64,000 bases of DNA from Chitinophagaceae bacterium (GTDB taxonomy: Bacteria; Bacteroidota; Bacteroidia; Chitinophagales; Chitinophagaceae). Below the pieces are notes generated by a model. The model made no database searches. It saw only the letters and a program-made list of their open reading frames with translations, and was not told the origin of the DNA. Below, piece by piece: positions 49,876-60,084 of this stretch. The stretch lies in NCBI GenBank assembly GCA_041392835.1, contig JAWKLF010000003.1:185786-249785 (forward strand). The letters are read 5' to 3'. The position numbers and the translations under genes were made by a program. How positions within the stretch are numbered: the stretch's first letter is position 1; every line of letters begins with the position of its first letter.

Positions 49876-50769
49876 ATGCGTTGGCTCTATTTTTGTTTAT
49901 TCTTATTTTTTTTGATATTGCTTATTTTGGGTAGTAAGCAAGCTTTATTGCCAGCCCATAGTTACCAAGAAATTTATGATATTCAAGATCAATATACAAT
50001 ACACTGGCAACATGCAGATAGCATTTACAATATATCCGATGTGCTATGGGCTAAGCAAATAGCCAATGATAGTATGGGAATAGTGGCGCAAGATTCGGAA
50101 TTAGAAAAAATAAATAAGATAGGTTCTTTTTTATTAAACGCATTTTATCATCGACTTGGAAACCCTCCTGATACCTTATTTAAAATGCAGGCTTGTCAAC
50201 AATATCAATATTTATTGCACCATGATGCAGAACTATATTGTACACAATTTAGTAGCCTTTTTGCATTTTTTGCTCGCTCACAAGGACTTATCACTCGCGA
50301 AATAGAATGCAAGAATAAGTACGATAGACATGTGTTTAATGAAACTTACATACCTTCTATTAAGCATTGGGTCTATACCGATTTAACACATCGTATCAAT
50401 TATGTAGAAAAAAATGGGAAAGCATTATCGCAGCACGATGTACAGCAAATACTTCCTAAGAAAAATCAAAATGCATTCATTCACAATGACATTCATAGTA
50501 ATAGTTGGGCCGAATACCGACTTAAATTGTCTAAAAATTTTGATTACGAAACGGATTATTATATTTACTTAAATCCCAATTTGGCTTCATACCATACTAT
50601 TTCTTTTTTAGAAAAAACAAAACGATTATTTCTAAAAAAATTAAACTATCAAGTATATCGTAGCAATCCAAATAAACACAGCTGGCATATAGCAAGAAGT
50701 GGTATCTTGATTGTTCTGATTTTATTTAGCTTAGTAAAAATACTTCGTTTCAAAAGCAAAAAGTCATAA
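49876..50769 (+). CDS. membrane protein with possible transglutaminase-like core
   Basis: ORF trimmed to ATG 49876 ([19 protein letters not shown]). Cys...His...Asp spacing ([23 protein letters not shown]) resembles transglutaminase-like proteases. C-terminal TM helix. Confidence 0.45.
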   Translation: MRWLYFCLFLFFLILLILGSKQALLPAHSYQEIYDIQDQYTIHWQHADSIYNISDVLWAKQIANDSMGIVAQDSELEKINKIGSFLLNAFYHRLGNPPDTLFKMQACQQYQYLLHHDAELYCTQFSSLFAFFARSQGLITREIECKNKYDRHVFNETYIPSIKHWVYTDLTHRINYVEKNGKALSQHDVQQILPKKNQNAFIHNDIHSNSWAEYRLKLSKNFDYETDYYIYLNPNLASYHTISFLEKTKRLFLKKLNYQVYRSNPNKHSWHIARSGILIVLILFSLVKILRFKSKKS

Positions 50770-50803
50770 TATAATCTTAGGTTTGCCAGAATTTTTTAAG
50801 AAA

Positions 50804-51205
50804 ATGAATCGTCCGATACGGGTATTAATTGCAAAAATTGGTCTTGATGGTCACGATAGAGGTGCTAAAGTAATAGCCTCGGCTTTGCGCGATGCTGGCA
50901 TGGAGGTAATCTATACTGGACTAAGACAAACACCAGAAATGGTAGTACAAGCAGCTTTGCAAGAAGATGTAGATGCCATAGGTGTTAGTATATTGTCGGG
51001 TGCCCATATGACTGTTTTTACAAAACTGATGGATTTACTTAAAGAAAAAGAATTATCTCATATTTTGGTTACAGGTGGTGGTATAATTCCTGAAGAAGAT
51101 CAACAAAAATTAAATCAGTTGGGAGTAGGGCAGTTGTTTAATCCTGGCACTTCTACAGCTGATATAGCCAATTATATTAAAGAAAACATTAAACAATCTA
51201 AATAA
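50804..51205 (+). CDS. cobalamin (B12)-binding domain protein, methylmalonyl/isobutyryl-CoA mutase small-subunit-like
   Basis: ORF trimmed to ATG 50804. [20 protein letters not shown] contains the DxHxxG B12-binding motif. Confidence 0.8.
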   Translation: MNRPIRVLIAKIGLDGHDRGAKVIASALRDAGMEVIYTGLRQTPEMVVQAALQEDVDAIGVSILSGAHMTVFTKLMDLLKEKELSHILVTGGGIIPEEDQQKLNQLGVGQLFNPGTSTADIANYIKENIKQSK

Positions 51206-51213
51206 TAAACAAC

Positions 51214-51993
51214 ATGAATTTCGACACCTTACTTTTTTCGATAGAAGAGCAAATAGCAACTATTACAATTAATAGACCAGACAAAATGAATGCGCTAAAC
51301 AAAGACGTTATCAATGATTTGAGCAAAGCTATTGATGAAGTAATACAAAATAATGAAATCAAATCGGCAATTATAACAGGTGCAGGTGCCAAAGCATTTG
51401 TAGCTGGTGCCGACATCACAGAATTTATTTCGCTTTCAAAAGAACAAGGTGCAGCCTTAGCTCAAAAAGGACAACAAGAGGTTTTTGATAAAATAGAAAA
51501 TTGTCCTAAACCAATAGTAGCTGCTGTCAACGGTTTTGCTTTGGGCGGTGGATGTGAATTGGCAATGAGCTGTCATTTTAGAGTTGCAGCCGAAAATGCG
51601 AAATTTGGACAACCCGAAGTCAACTTAGGCCTTATACCAGGCTATGGTGGTACACAGCGTTTAACCGCCTTAGTAGGCAAGGGCAAGGCTATGGAATTGT
51701 GTATGACCACACATATGCCAGATGCCAATGAAGCCTTGCAAATAGGACTTGTCAATCATGTTACTACTGCAGAAACTTTATTAGAACATACCAAAAAGAT
51801 ACTAAGTATTATCAATACAAAATCGCCAATGGCTATTGGTAAATTAATTAAAAGTATTAATGCTGCCGGACGTGCTGATGGTTATAATGTAGAAATACAA
51901 GCCTTTGGAGAGTGCTTCGATACAGCCGATATGAAAGAAGGTGTAAGTGCTTTTTTAGAAAAAAGAAAAGCCAACTTTTCGACAAATAATTAA
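51214..51993 (+). CDS. enoyl-CoA hydratase/isomerase (crotonase) family
   Basis: 259 aa. FVAGADITEF and AAVNGFALGGGCELAMSC oxyanion-hole motifs. Confidence 0.9.
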   Translation: MNFDTLLFSIEEQIATITINRPDKMNALNKDVINDLSKAIDEVIQNNEIKSAIITGAGAKAFVAGADITEFISLSKEQGAALAQKGQQEVFDKIENCPKPIVAAVNGFALGGGCELAMSCHFRVAAENAKFGQPEVNLGLIPGYGGTQRLTALVGKGKAMELCMTTHMPDANEALQIGLVNHVTTAETLLEHTKKILSIINTKSPMAIGKLIKSINAAGRADGYNVEIQAFGECFDTADMKEGVSAFLEKRKANFSTNN

Positions 51994-52351
51994 AAATTTG
52001 TTTAATATTCTTTTTTGATTCAACAATGCTTGTTGAATTTACTCAAGAAATGCTATAGAACAACCGAAAAGGAGTAATTTACTTACATAACTTGGGTTTA
52101 TTATTTATATGATTCTCATCCTTGGCAAGTGTTCCTACAAACAATTCAAATAATGAAAATAGTGAGTTTTGAGAGGACACAACCTGCGGAGTAAAGATTA
52201 AACAACAATATTATTTGTAGTAAGAAATTTGATTATAATGAATTCATAAATTCAATAATCCTGATATGAATTTGAATACTATTCAAGGCTTTTTTTGTAA
52301 ATTCGCACCACATTCAAAAAAAGTAACTATAAACTATAAAATAATACTTGT

Positions 52352-54619
52352 ATGGCATTCGATATTCAAATGATTAAAAAGGTATATGCATCAATACCTG
52401 AAAAAGTAAAAGCTGCTAAAGAAAAACTTGGTAGGCCCTTAACCTTGGCAGAAAAAATACTCTATAGTCATTTGGATGAGCATGTAAACTTAAGCGATTT
52501 TCCTCGTTTAAAATCGTATGTAGATTTTAATCCAGATAGGGTAGCTATGCAAGATGCTACAGCACAAATGGCTCTTTTACAATTTATGCAGGCTGGCAGA
52601 AGCCAAGTAGCCGTGCCTTCTACAGTTCACTGCGACCATTTGATTATGGCCAAAAACGATGCTAAAACTGATTTGGCATTTGCCCACGAAGAAAGTAAAG
52701 AGGTATTTGATTTTTTATCATCAGTAAGTAATAAATATGGTATCGGTTTTTGGAAACCCGGTGCTGGTATCATACATCAAATAGTATTAGAAAATTATGC
52801 ATTTCCTGGTGGCATGATGATAGGTACCGATTCGCATACGGTTAATGCAGGTGGTTTGGGCATGGTGGCCATTGGTGTAGGTGGTGCCGACGCATGCGAT
52901 GTAATGGCAGGACTACCATGGGAATTGATGATGCCTAAGCTTATAGGAATAAAACTAACTGGGAAATTAAATGCGTGGGCTTCGGCCAAAGATGTGATAC
53001 TCAAAGTAGCCGGTATATTGACGGTAAAAGGGGGTACCAATGCCATAGTAGAATACTTTGGCGAGGGTGCTCAATCATTGAGTTGCACAGGTAAAGGAAC
53101 TATTTGTAATATGGGTGCCGAAATAGGAGCTACTACTTCTACTTTTGGATATGATGAAAGTATGGAAAGATATTTGAGAGCAACTGGCAGAGCTGATGTA
53201 GCTGATGCAGCCAATGAAATAAAAGAATATCTCACAGGCGATGCCGCATGCTATGCCGAACCCGAAAAATATTTTGATGAAGTTTATGAAATCAATTTAG
53301 ATACCTTAGAACCCCATATCAATGGGCCTTTCACACCCGATTTGGCTACACCAATAAGCAAAATGAAAGAGGCATTGCAAGCAAACAATTGGCCCGAAAA
53401 AATATCTGTAGGCTTGATAGGAAGCTGTACAAACAGTAGCTACGAAGATTTGTCGAGGGCCGTTAGCATAGCAAAACAAGTAGGCGAAAAAGGATTAACC
53501 GTAAATGCAGAATTTAATATAAACCCAGGTTCTGAACAAATTCGATATACAACAGCACGAGATGGTATTTTGGGCGTATATGAAAATATTGGAGCCAATA
53601 TATTTGCTAATGCATGTGGACCTTGTATTGGTATGTGGAATAGAATGGGTGCCGAAAAACAAGAAAAAAATACTATTATACATTCGTTCAATCGAAATTT
53701 TGCAAAGCGAGCAGATGGTAATCCCAATACCTATGCTTTTGTAGCAAGCCCTGAAATAGTAACCGCATTGGCTATAGCAGGCGACTTAGGATTTAATCCT
53801 TTAGAAGATACTCTTACAAATAATAAGGGAGAACAAGTCAAATTGGATGCGCCAAGCGGCGATGACTTGCCCAAAAACGGATTTGCGGTGGAAGATGCTG
53901 GTTTTATAGCACCAGCTGAAGATGGCACTTCTGTACAAGTAAAAGTAAGCCCCGATAGCAAACGCCTGCAACTTTTAGATCCATTTGCACCTTGGGAAGG
54001 TAGCGATTTGAAAGGACTAAAATTATTAATCAAAGCAAAAGGGAAATGCACAACCGACCATATTTCTATGGCAGGCCCATGGTTAAAATTTAGAGGACAT
54101 TTGGATAATATAAGTAATAATATGCTCATAGGTGCTGTCAATTTTTTTAATGAAAAAACAGATAGTGTCAAAAATCAATTGACTGGAGAATATGCTAGTG
54201 TTCCATTAGTACAACGAGCATACAAAGCTAATCAAATTGGAAGTATAGTAGTTGGCGATGAAAACTATGGAGAAGGTAGTAGTAGAGAGCACGCCGCTAT
54301 GGAACCAAGACATTTGGGTGTTAGAGCAGTGCTTGTAAAATCATTTGCAAGAATACATGAAACCAATTTGAAAAAACAAGGTATGTTGGCATTGACCTTT
54401 AATGACAAAGCCGATTATGATAAGATACAAGAAGATGATACTATTGATATAGATGGTCTTGTAGCTATGGAGCCAGGAAAGGCTTTGCAAATGCAACTTC
54501 ATCATGCCGACGGTAGTAGCGAAACCATACAAGTAAATCATTCTTACAATCAACAACAAATAGAATGGTTTAAAGCAGGAGGCGCACTCAATATCATCAG
54601 ACAAAATTTGACAGCTTAG
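52352..54619 (+). CDS. acnA: aconitate hydratase (755-aa, mitochondrial-like type)
   Basis: Fe-S ligand and active-site motifs IGTDSHT, GSCTNSS and NACGPCIG, plus a swivel domain at the C-terminus. Confidence 0.95.
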   Translation: MAFDIQMIKKVYASIPEKVKAAKEKLGRPLTLAEKILYSHLDEHVNLSDFPRLKSYVDFNPDRVAMQDATAQMALLQFMQAGRSQVAVPSTVHCDHLIMAKNDAKTDLAFAHEESKEVFDFLSSVSNKYGIGFWKPGAGIIHQIVLENYAFPGGMMIGTDSHTVNAGGLGMVAIGVGGADACDVMAGLPWELMMPKLIGIKLTGKLNAWASAKDVILKVAGILTVKGGTNAIVEYFGEGAQSLSCTGKGTICNMGAEIGATTSTFGYDESMERYLRATGRADVADAANEIKEYLTGDAACYAEPEKYFDEVYEINLDTLEPHINGPFTPDLATPISKMKEALQANNWPEKISVGLIGSCTNSSYEDLSRAVSIAKQVGEKGLTVNAEFNINPGSEQIRYTTARDGILGVYENIGANIFANACGPCIGMWNRMGAEKQEKNTIIHSFNRNFAKRADGNPNTYAFVASPEIVTALAIAGDLGFNPLEDTLTNNKGEQVKLDAPSGDDLPKNGFAVEDAGFIAPAEDGTSVQVKVSPDSKRLQLLDPFAPWEGSDLKGLKLLIKAKGKCTTDHISMAGPWLKFRGHLDNISNNMLIGAVNFFNEKTDSVKNQLTGEYASVPLVQRAYKANQIGSIVVGDENYGEGSSREHAAMEPRHLGVRAVLVKSFARIHETNLKKQGMLALTFNDKADYDKIQEDDTIDIDGLVAMEPGKALQMQLHHADGSSETIQVNHSYNQQQIEWFKAGGALNIIRQNLTA

Positions 54620-54669
54620 GAATAAAGCATTCTTCATTTAGGGCTATTGTTTAAATCGTCTTTGAATTC

Positions 54670-57600
54670 CTTGTGAAAAGGTTTCAAAATGTATCTTTGA
54701 CTTAGTCTTACACAACTGGACTACGGGAATAGGTCATTTAATACAAGTTGTGAAAAGGTTTCAAAATGTATCTTTGACTTAGTCTTACACAACATGTGTT
54801 CCCATACATTGCTGATAAAAGCGTTGTGAAAAGGTTTCAAAATGTATCTTTGACTTAGTCTTACACAACTCGGAGTCTATAACATACGAACCAATAACAG
54901 TTGTGAAAAGGTTTCAAAATGTATCTTTGACTTAGTCTTACACAACCGAGATTGAAAGCGTAGAAGATTTCTCTAGTTGTGAAAAGGTTTCAAAATGTAT
55001 CTTTGACTTAGTCTTACACAACTACGGAAAATCGAGATTTTAACGATTCTGAAGTTGTGAAAAGGTTTCAAAATGTATCTTTGACTTAGTCTTACACAAC
55101 AACGGTGCTAAACTTCAATGCACAGAAGGAGTTGTGAAAAGGTTTCAAAATGTATCTTTGACTTAGTCTTACACAACCTGTTTGCACATACTCAGAATCA
55201 GCAGCCCGTTGTGAAAAGGTTTCAAAATGTATCTTTGACTTAGTCTTACACAACTTTCAACTCTTTTTACGTGTTGGTTTTCAGTTGTGAAAAGGTTTCA
55301 AAATGTATCTTTGACTTAGTCTTACACAACATATCAACGCCAGCGATGAAGCATGGTCAAGTTGTGAAAAGGTTTCAAAATGTATCTTTGACTTAGTCTT
55401 ACACAACACCCAATCTCTTAAATGAGTAGCAACCTCAGTTGTGAAAAGGTTTCAAAATGTATCTTTGACTTAGTCTTACACAACTACTTACAACTTCATT
55501 GCCTGTAAAATTTAGTTGTGAAAAGGTTTCAAAATGTATCTTTGACTTAGTCTTACACAACATATGTGATAGATAATGAATAATACAATAGTTGTGAAAA
55601 GGTTTCAAAATGTATCTTTGACTTAGTCTTACACAACGGAAATCGCTTGCTCCCTATTGCTGTCTTGGTTGTGAAAAGGTTTCAAAATGTATCTTTGACT
55701 TAGTCTTACACAACCTGTCAATGCAACCCGTAATCTTAGCCTGGTTGTGAAAAGGTTTCAAAATGTATCTTTGACTTAGTCTTACACAACTTACGTGATA
55801 TACATAATCTCATGCTTGAAGTTGTGAAAAGGTTTCAAAATGTATCTTTGACTTAGTCTTACACAACCGTTGTCGGAATCAATGTTATTTCGTGTTAGTT
55901 GTGAAAAGGTTTCAAAATGTATCTTTGACTTAGTCTTACACAACTTCGGGTAATGCGCACCGAAATTATGAGCTGTTGTGAAAAGGTTTCAAAATGTATC
56001 TTTGACTTAGTCTTACACAACAACTAAACGCTGACACATTTACGTATATTAGTTGTGAAAAGGTTTCAAAATGTATCTTTGACTTAGTCTTACACAACTT
56101 ATAAATTGAAGGTAATTTTGTAAAGATAGTTGTGAAAAGGTTTCAAAATGTATCTTTGACTTAGTCTTACACAACAAGATAAATATAACAGTGATAGCCA
56201 AGATAGTTGTGAAAAGGTTTCAAAATGTATCTTTGACTTAGTCTTACACAACGCAAAGTCAAAAACAGCTATCCTTGATAGGTTGTGAAAAGGTTTCAAA
56301 ATGTATCTTTGACTTAGTCTTACACAACGATGTTAAATCAGCCCCATCACTTGTTACAGTTGTGAAAAGGTTTCAAAATGTATCTTTGACTTAGTCTTAC
56401 ACAACGGATAAAGCAGAACCGACAATGCTAACAAAGTTGTGAAAAGGTTTCAAAATGTATCTTTGACTTAGTCTTACACAACGTGCTTTAATTATGAGTA
56501 ACCCTAAAATGTGTTGTGAAAAGGTTTCAAAATGTATCTTTGACTTAGTCTTACACAACATATGCTCAAAAATACCAATGTAGATTTTCGTTGTGAAAAG
56601 GTTTCAAAATGTATCTTTGACTTAGTCTTACACAACAGAAGCCTAAATCACTACAACAAATGGCTAGTTGTGAAAAGGTTTCAAAATGTATCTTTGACTT
56701 AGTCTTACACAACCATGTACTTGCATTAAGAGCATAGGATCCAGTTGTGAAAGGTTTCAAAATGTATCTTTGGCTTAGTCTTACACAACTGATGAAATCA
56801 AAGAATGGTTTCTCAAGAAGTTGTGAAAAAGGTTTCAAAATGTATCTTTGACTTAGTCTTACACAACGCTGAAAGTTACAATTAAATGAACTTGAAACAA
56901 GTTGTGAAAAGGTTTAAAAAATGTATCTTTGACTTAGTCTTACACAACAGTTTAGTTGAAAGTTATAACCAGAAGAGTTGTGAAAAGGTTTCAAAATGTA
57001 TCTTTGACTTAGTCTTACACAACCTTGGATTGCAAGAAATTGATAGAAAGTAGTTGTGAAAAGGTTTCAAAATGTATCTTTGACTTAGTCTTACACAACT
57101 GATGAAATCAAAGAATGGTTTCTCAAAGAGTTGTGAAAAGGTTTCAAAATGTATCTTTGACTTAGTCTTACACAACGAAAGTTACAATTAAATGAACAAG
57201 AAACAAGTTGTGAAAAGGTTTCAAAATGTATCTTTGACTTAGTCTTACACAACATTACATTCAACGAGTTCATAACCAGTAAGTTGTGAAAAGGTTTCAA
57301 AATGTATCTTTGACTTAGTCTTACACAACATTACATTCAACGAGTTCATAACCAGTAAGTTGTGAAAAGGTTTCAAAATGTATCTTTGACTTAGTCTTAC
57401 ACAACTTGGAAAACGCAGGTGAAAAATTTCTTACAGGTTGTGAAAAGGTTTCAAAATGTATCTTTGACTTAGTCTTACACAACTTCGTTGAAGTTTATAC
57501 ACTTGTATTGGGAGTTGTGAAAAGGTTTCAAAATGTATCTTTGACTTAGTCTTACACAACCAACAAAAACAACACTTCAAACAATTTGCAGTTGTGAAAA

Positions 57601-57791
57601 GGTTTCAAAATGTATCTTTGACTTAGTCTTACACAACCTGACAAAGAAACAATCATCAACCTCAAAGGTTGTGAAAAGGTTTCAAAATGTATCTTTGACT
57701 TAGTCTTACACAACTAACCGTAAGCACACAATACGGTTGCCCAAGTTGTGAAAAGGTTTCAAAATGTATCTTTGACTTAGTCTTACACAAC
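54670..57791 (+). CRISPR. CRISPR array, 41 repeats of 47 nt and 40 spacers (28-33 nt, mostly 29-30)
   Basis: Consensus GTTGTGAAAAGGTTTCAAAATGTATCTTTGACTTAGTCTTACACAAC, counted repeat by repeat. The first repeat starts with C instead of G (54670). Repeats at 56744, 56820 and 56901 carry indels or substitutions. The other 37 are identical. The array call is certain. The plus-strand orientation is inferred (see findings) and is less certain. Confidence 0.97.
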
Positions 57792-57826
57792 AGAATGTAT
57801 GCAAGTCATTGAAAATCAAAGAATTG

Positions 57827-57863
57827 AAAAGGAATTAGAAAATAAAATCTAATTCCTTTTTTT
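57827..57863. terminator. bidirectional intrinsic terminator between the array and cas2
   Basis: Stem GGAATTAGA (57831-57839) / TCTAATTCC (57848-57856) with an 8-nt loop. It is followed by T7 on the plus strand (57857-57863) and by T4 on the minus strand (A-run 57827-57830). Confidence 0.6.
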
Positions 57864-57898
57864 ATGCATTCTTGCAAAGCAGATATTATTTATTGTTC

Positions 57899-58237
<339 letters not shown>

Positions 58238-58284
58238 TTATAATGCACTGCTATTAAATTTTATTGTTCGAAATGAAATTTCTT

Positions 58285-59184
58285 TTAATTAGTTAATATT
58301 GGATAAAGGATTTTTCTTGATTCCTTTTCAAAGCATTTGGATAAACTAGCTGTAGTACGCTGTACGGCTATCATCAGAGGGCTTGATTGACCGTCTATCT
58401 TCACATCGAGAGTAGGAATCTGCAATAGCTCTTTTTTCATGGAAGTACCTAATTCTAAAAAAAGCCCATTCTTATCAATAATATTCACAACTAATTTATC
58501 TACAAATGGTCTGTAAGGTTCCATAATATCATCTGCCAAACAATATGCATTGTATTGATTTCGGTGGTGTATGCCTAAAGTTGGTAATAAGCCACTCCCA
58601 ACTATACTTCTGGCCACTATGGCGCGTAAGATAGCGTAGCCATAATTGAGAAGGTTATTAGGCGCCTCACCATAGCGGTCACGTATGAAATTAGGGAATT
58701 GAGAAAAAATATTTTTCCAATAATAAACTGCAGCTCGTGCTTCTCTATTTGTTGAATCGCCACTTTTTACTTCATTTATCCAACGTCTCATATTTTTAGT
58801 TTCTAAACCAAGATTTTGTAGCAATGCAGATTGGTTTTCAATTTTTGCTACTATAGTCTGTTGCCATAATTGTTTAAGTAGGGGTTTGCTTGCTTCTATC
58901 TGTGCTTTAAATTTCTGACTTTGGAGTGTGTGTCCATCTAAATTGAGTAATAAGCCTGTTGGATGATGACTTGTATCACAGGTAATGAGTGCCACATTGT
59001 TTTCAAGCAATTTGGCTATGAGTGCTTGGCTAATAGTGATTTGTTGATGATCGAGAATTACAACTCCAATGTCTTCAATGGGAAGCGTTTTCTTTTCATC
59101 ATCATCAATTAGTTTTACTACTATTTGTTCTAAGTGGGTGCTTAAATAGGTAGGATTTCCAAAATAAAGCGTGCGCTTAATCAT
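58285..59184 (-). CDS. cas1: CRISPR-associated endonuclease Cas1 (type II)
   Basis: 299 aa. NNLLNYGYAILRA and GIHHRNQYNAYCLADDIMEPYRPFVD (catalytic His/Asp region). Confidence 0.95.
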   Translation of the reverse strand: MIKRTLYFGNPTYLSTHLEQIVVKLIDDDEKKTLPIEDIGVVILDHQQITISQALIAKLLENNVALITCDTSHHPTGLLLNLDGHTLQSQKFKAQIEASKPLLKQLWQQTIVAKIENQSALLQNLGLETKNMRRWINEVKSGDSTNREARAAVYYWKNIFSQFPNFIRDRYGEAPNNLLNYGYAILRAIVARSIVGSGLLPTLGIHHRNQYNAYCLADDIMEPYRPFVDKLVVNIIDKNGLFLELGTSMKKELLQIPTLDVKIDGQSSPLMIAVQRTTASLSKCFEKESRKILYPILTN

Positions 59185-59273
59185 GGTAAAGTTGATTTGG
59201 TTGAATAAATATACAAAAAAATCAAAAAAAAAGAATAGTTGAGTTTCTGTTTTATGAATAGAGTATTGATTGT

Positions 59274-59903
59274 TTATTCCAGTAGATTTGCAAAGGAGAG
59301 GTCATAATTCATTTTGTGGGCCAACTTAAACTCTTCAATATTTCCAAACCAATCAACTACATCTTTTTTGTTTAGTTGTGTTTTTTTTGCGCTAAAAAAA
59401 CTTGAATATGAAGACCATTTCCAATCTTCTATTTTAGTAACAAAATTATGATGTATTGGGTTTGCATGTATGTAATGTATTATTCTGGTATAATAGTTTT
59501 CATTATCTATTAGTTTGAATTTAAACCTTGGTATAAATAATGAACCTTTTCTATTATACATTTTATTATACGATTTTGAATATGAATTGAATAAATTACT
59601 AAATTGTTGCGAAAGGAATTTCGCAAAAAGTTCTTCTTTTGGCATACTTTCAAGACGTTGAATATTTTTATTTAATTGAAACTTCTCCCATGTTGAATTT
59701 TGAATAATATCTTTTACGGGTTTTATTTTTATTAATAGATGAAAATGATTTGGCATAAGACAATAACAATAGGTGTATGCAATAGGAGAGATGTAAAAGT
59801 TGTATTTTTCTAAAAAATAACGATAATTTTCATCAATTCTAAATAAGTTTTCATTTCCATTGGCATGATTATAAATATGGTAGATAAACTCTGCTTGTAA
59901 CAT
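59274..59903 (-). CDS. REP-associated tyrosine transposase (RAYT) / IS200-TnpA-like HUH Y1 enzyme
   Basis: 209 aa. HUH motif in CYCLMPNHFHLLIKI and the catalytic-Tyr block RIIHYIHANPIHHNFV...WKWSSY, as in the COG1943 family. Co-oriented with cas9 and cas1, and sits between them. Confidence 0.8.
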   Translation of the reverse strand: MLQAEFIYHIYNHANGNENLFRIDENYRYFLEKYNFYISPIAYTYCYCLMPNHFHLLIKIKPVKDIIQNSTWEKFQLNKNIQRLESMPKEELFAKFLSQQFSNLFNSYSKSYNKMYNRKGSLFIPRFKFKLIDNENYYTRIIHYIHANPIHHNFVTKIEDWKWSSYSSFFSAKKTQLNKKDVVDWFGNIEEFKLAHKMNYDLSFANLLE

Positions 59904-59959
59904 TGGATTCGTTTTATTAGCTATAAGAAGTAAAAATAGTAATATTATCTAAAAGGGAC

Positions 59960-59996
59960 CCAGACCTTCAAGGTTTTTAAAACCTTGAAGGTCTGG
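59960..59996. repeat. 35-nt perfect palindrome, copy 1 (REP-like hairpin)
   Basis: The core CAGACCTTCAAGGTTTTTAAAACCTTGAAGGTCTG (59961-59995) is identical to 60087-60121. The flanking C/G pair extends the stem. Confidence 0.85.
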
Positions 59997-60084
59997 TTGT
60001 TTTAAAGGTATACAAGTATATTAATTTAATCTATAAAGTTCATTGCTGAGCTATAGAGCACATAATATTTTAGTTTCTGCATTT

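Noticed and set aside
3614-50769. Long N-terminal extensions in the ORF track for many genes (for example 3614..4405, 10067..11356, 15689, 18732, 27100, 36568..37239, 43933..46401, 49762).
   Set aside because: The track starts at the first possible start codon, often TTG. Internal ATGs give canonical signal peptides or family-typical N-termini and remove overlaps with neighbouring genes, so I trimmed the coordinates accordingly.
52231-52260. The AT-rich inverted repeat upstream of acnA as a Fur box.
   Set aside because: Only the outer hexamers (GATTAT...ATAATC) resemble the classical Fur consensus. I have no Bacteroidetes Fur-box model to compare with, so it is kept only as a generic possible operator in the findings.
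56099-57300. Five ORFs in the track (56099..56299, 56566..56838, 56963..57175, 57091..57300 and neighbours) with repetitive peptides such as CKTKSKIHFETFSQL and VRLSQRYILKPFHN.
   Set aside because: They are translations of the 47-nt CRISPR repeats read through successive units, not genes.
54717-57744. Self-targeting spacers, meaning matches of spacers to other parts of this window.
   Set aside because: None was noticed on visual comparison. This check is not exhaustive and says nothing about the rest of the genome.
57792-57867. This flank as the tracrRNA, on either strand. It has AAGTCA, TTGAAAA and TGAAAAGG blocks related to the repeat and ends in a good terminator on the plus strand.
   Set aside because: The complementary blocks pair only with the middle and 3' part of the repeat. 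A 10-nt gap interrupts the pairing, and nothing pairs with repeat positions 1-12, which must be duplexed in a Cas9 guide. A minus-strand version would run into the array with no 3' hairpins.
59196-59217. GTTGATTTGGTTGAATAAATAT between the RAYT gene and cas1, considered as an anti-repeat.
   Set aside because: It shares only GTTG and GGTT blocks with the repeat. A minus-strand RNA from here would run straight into the cas1 start codon with no room for tracrRNA hairpins.
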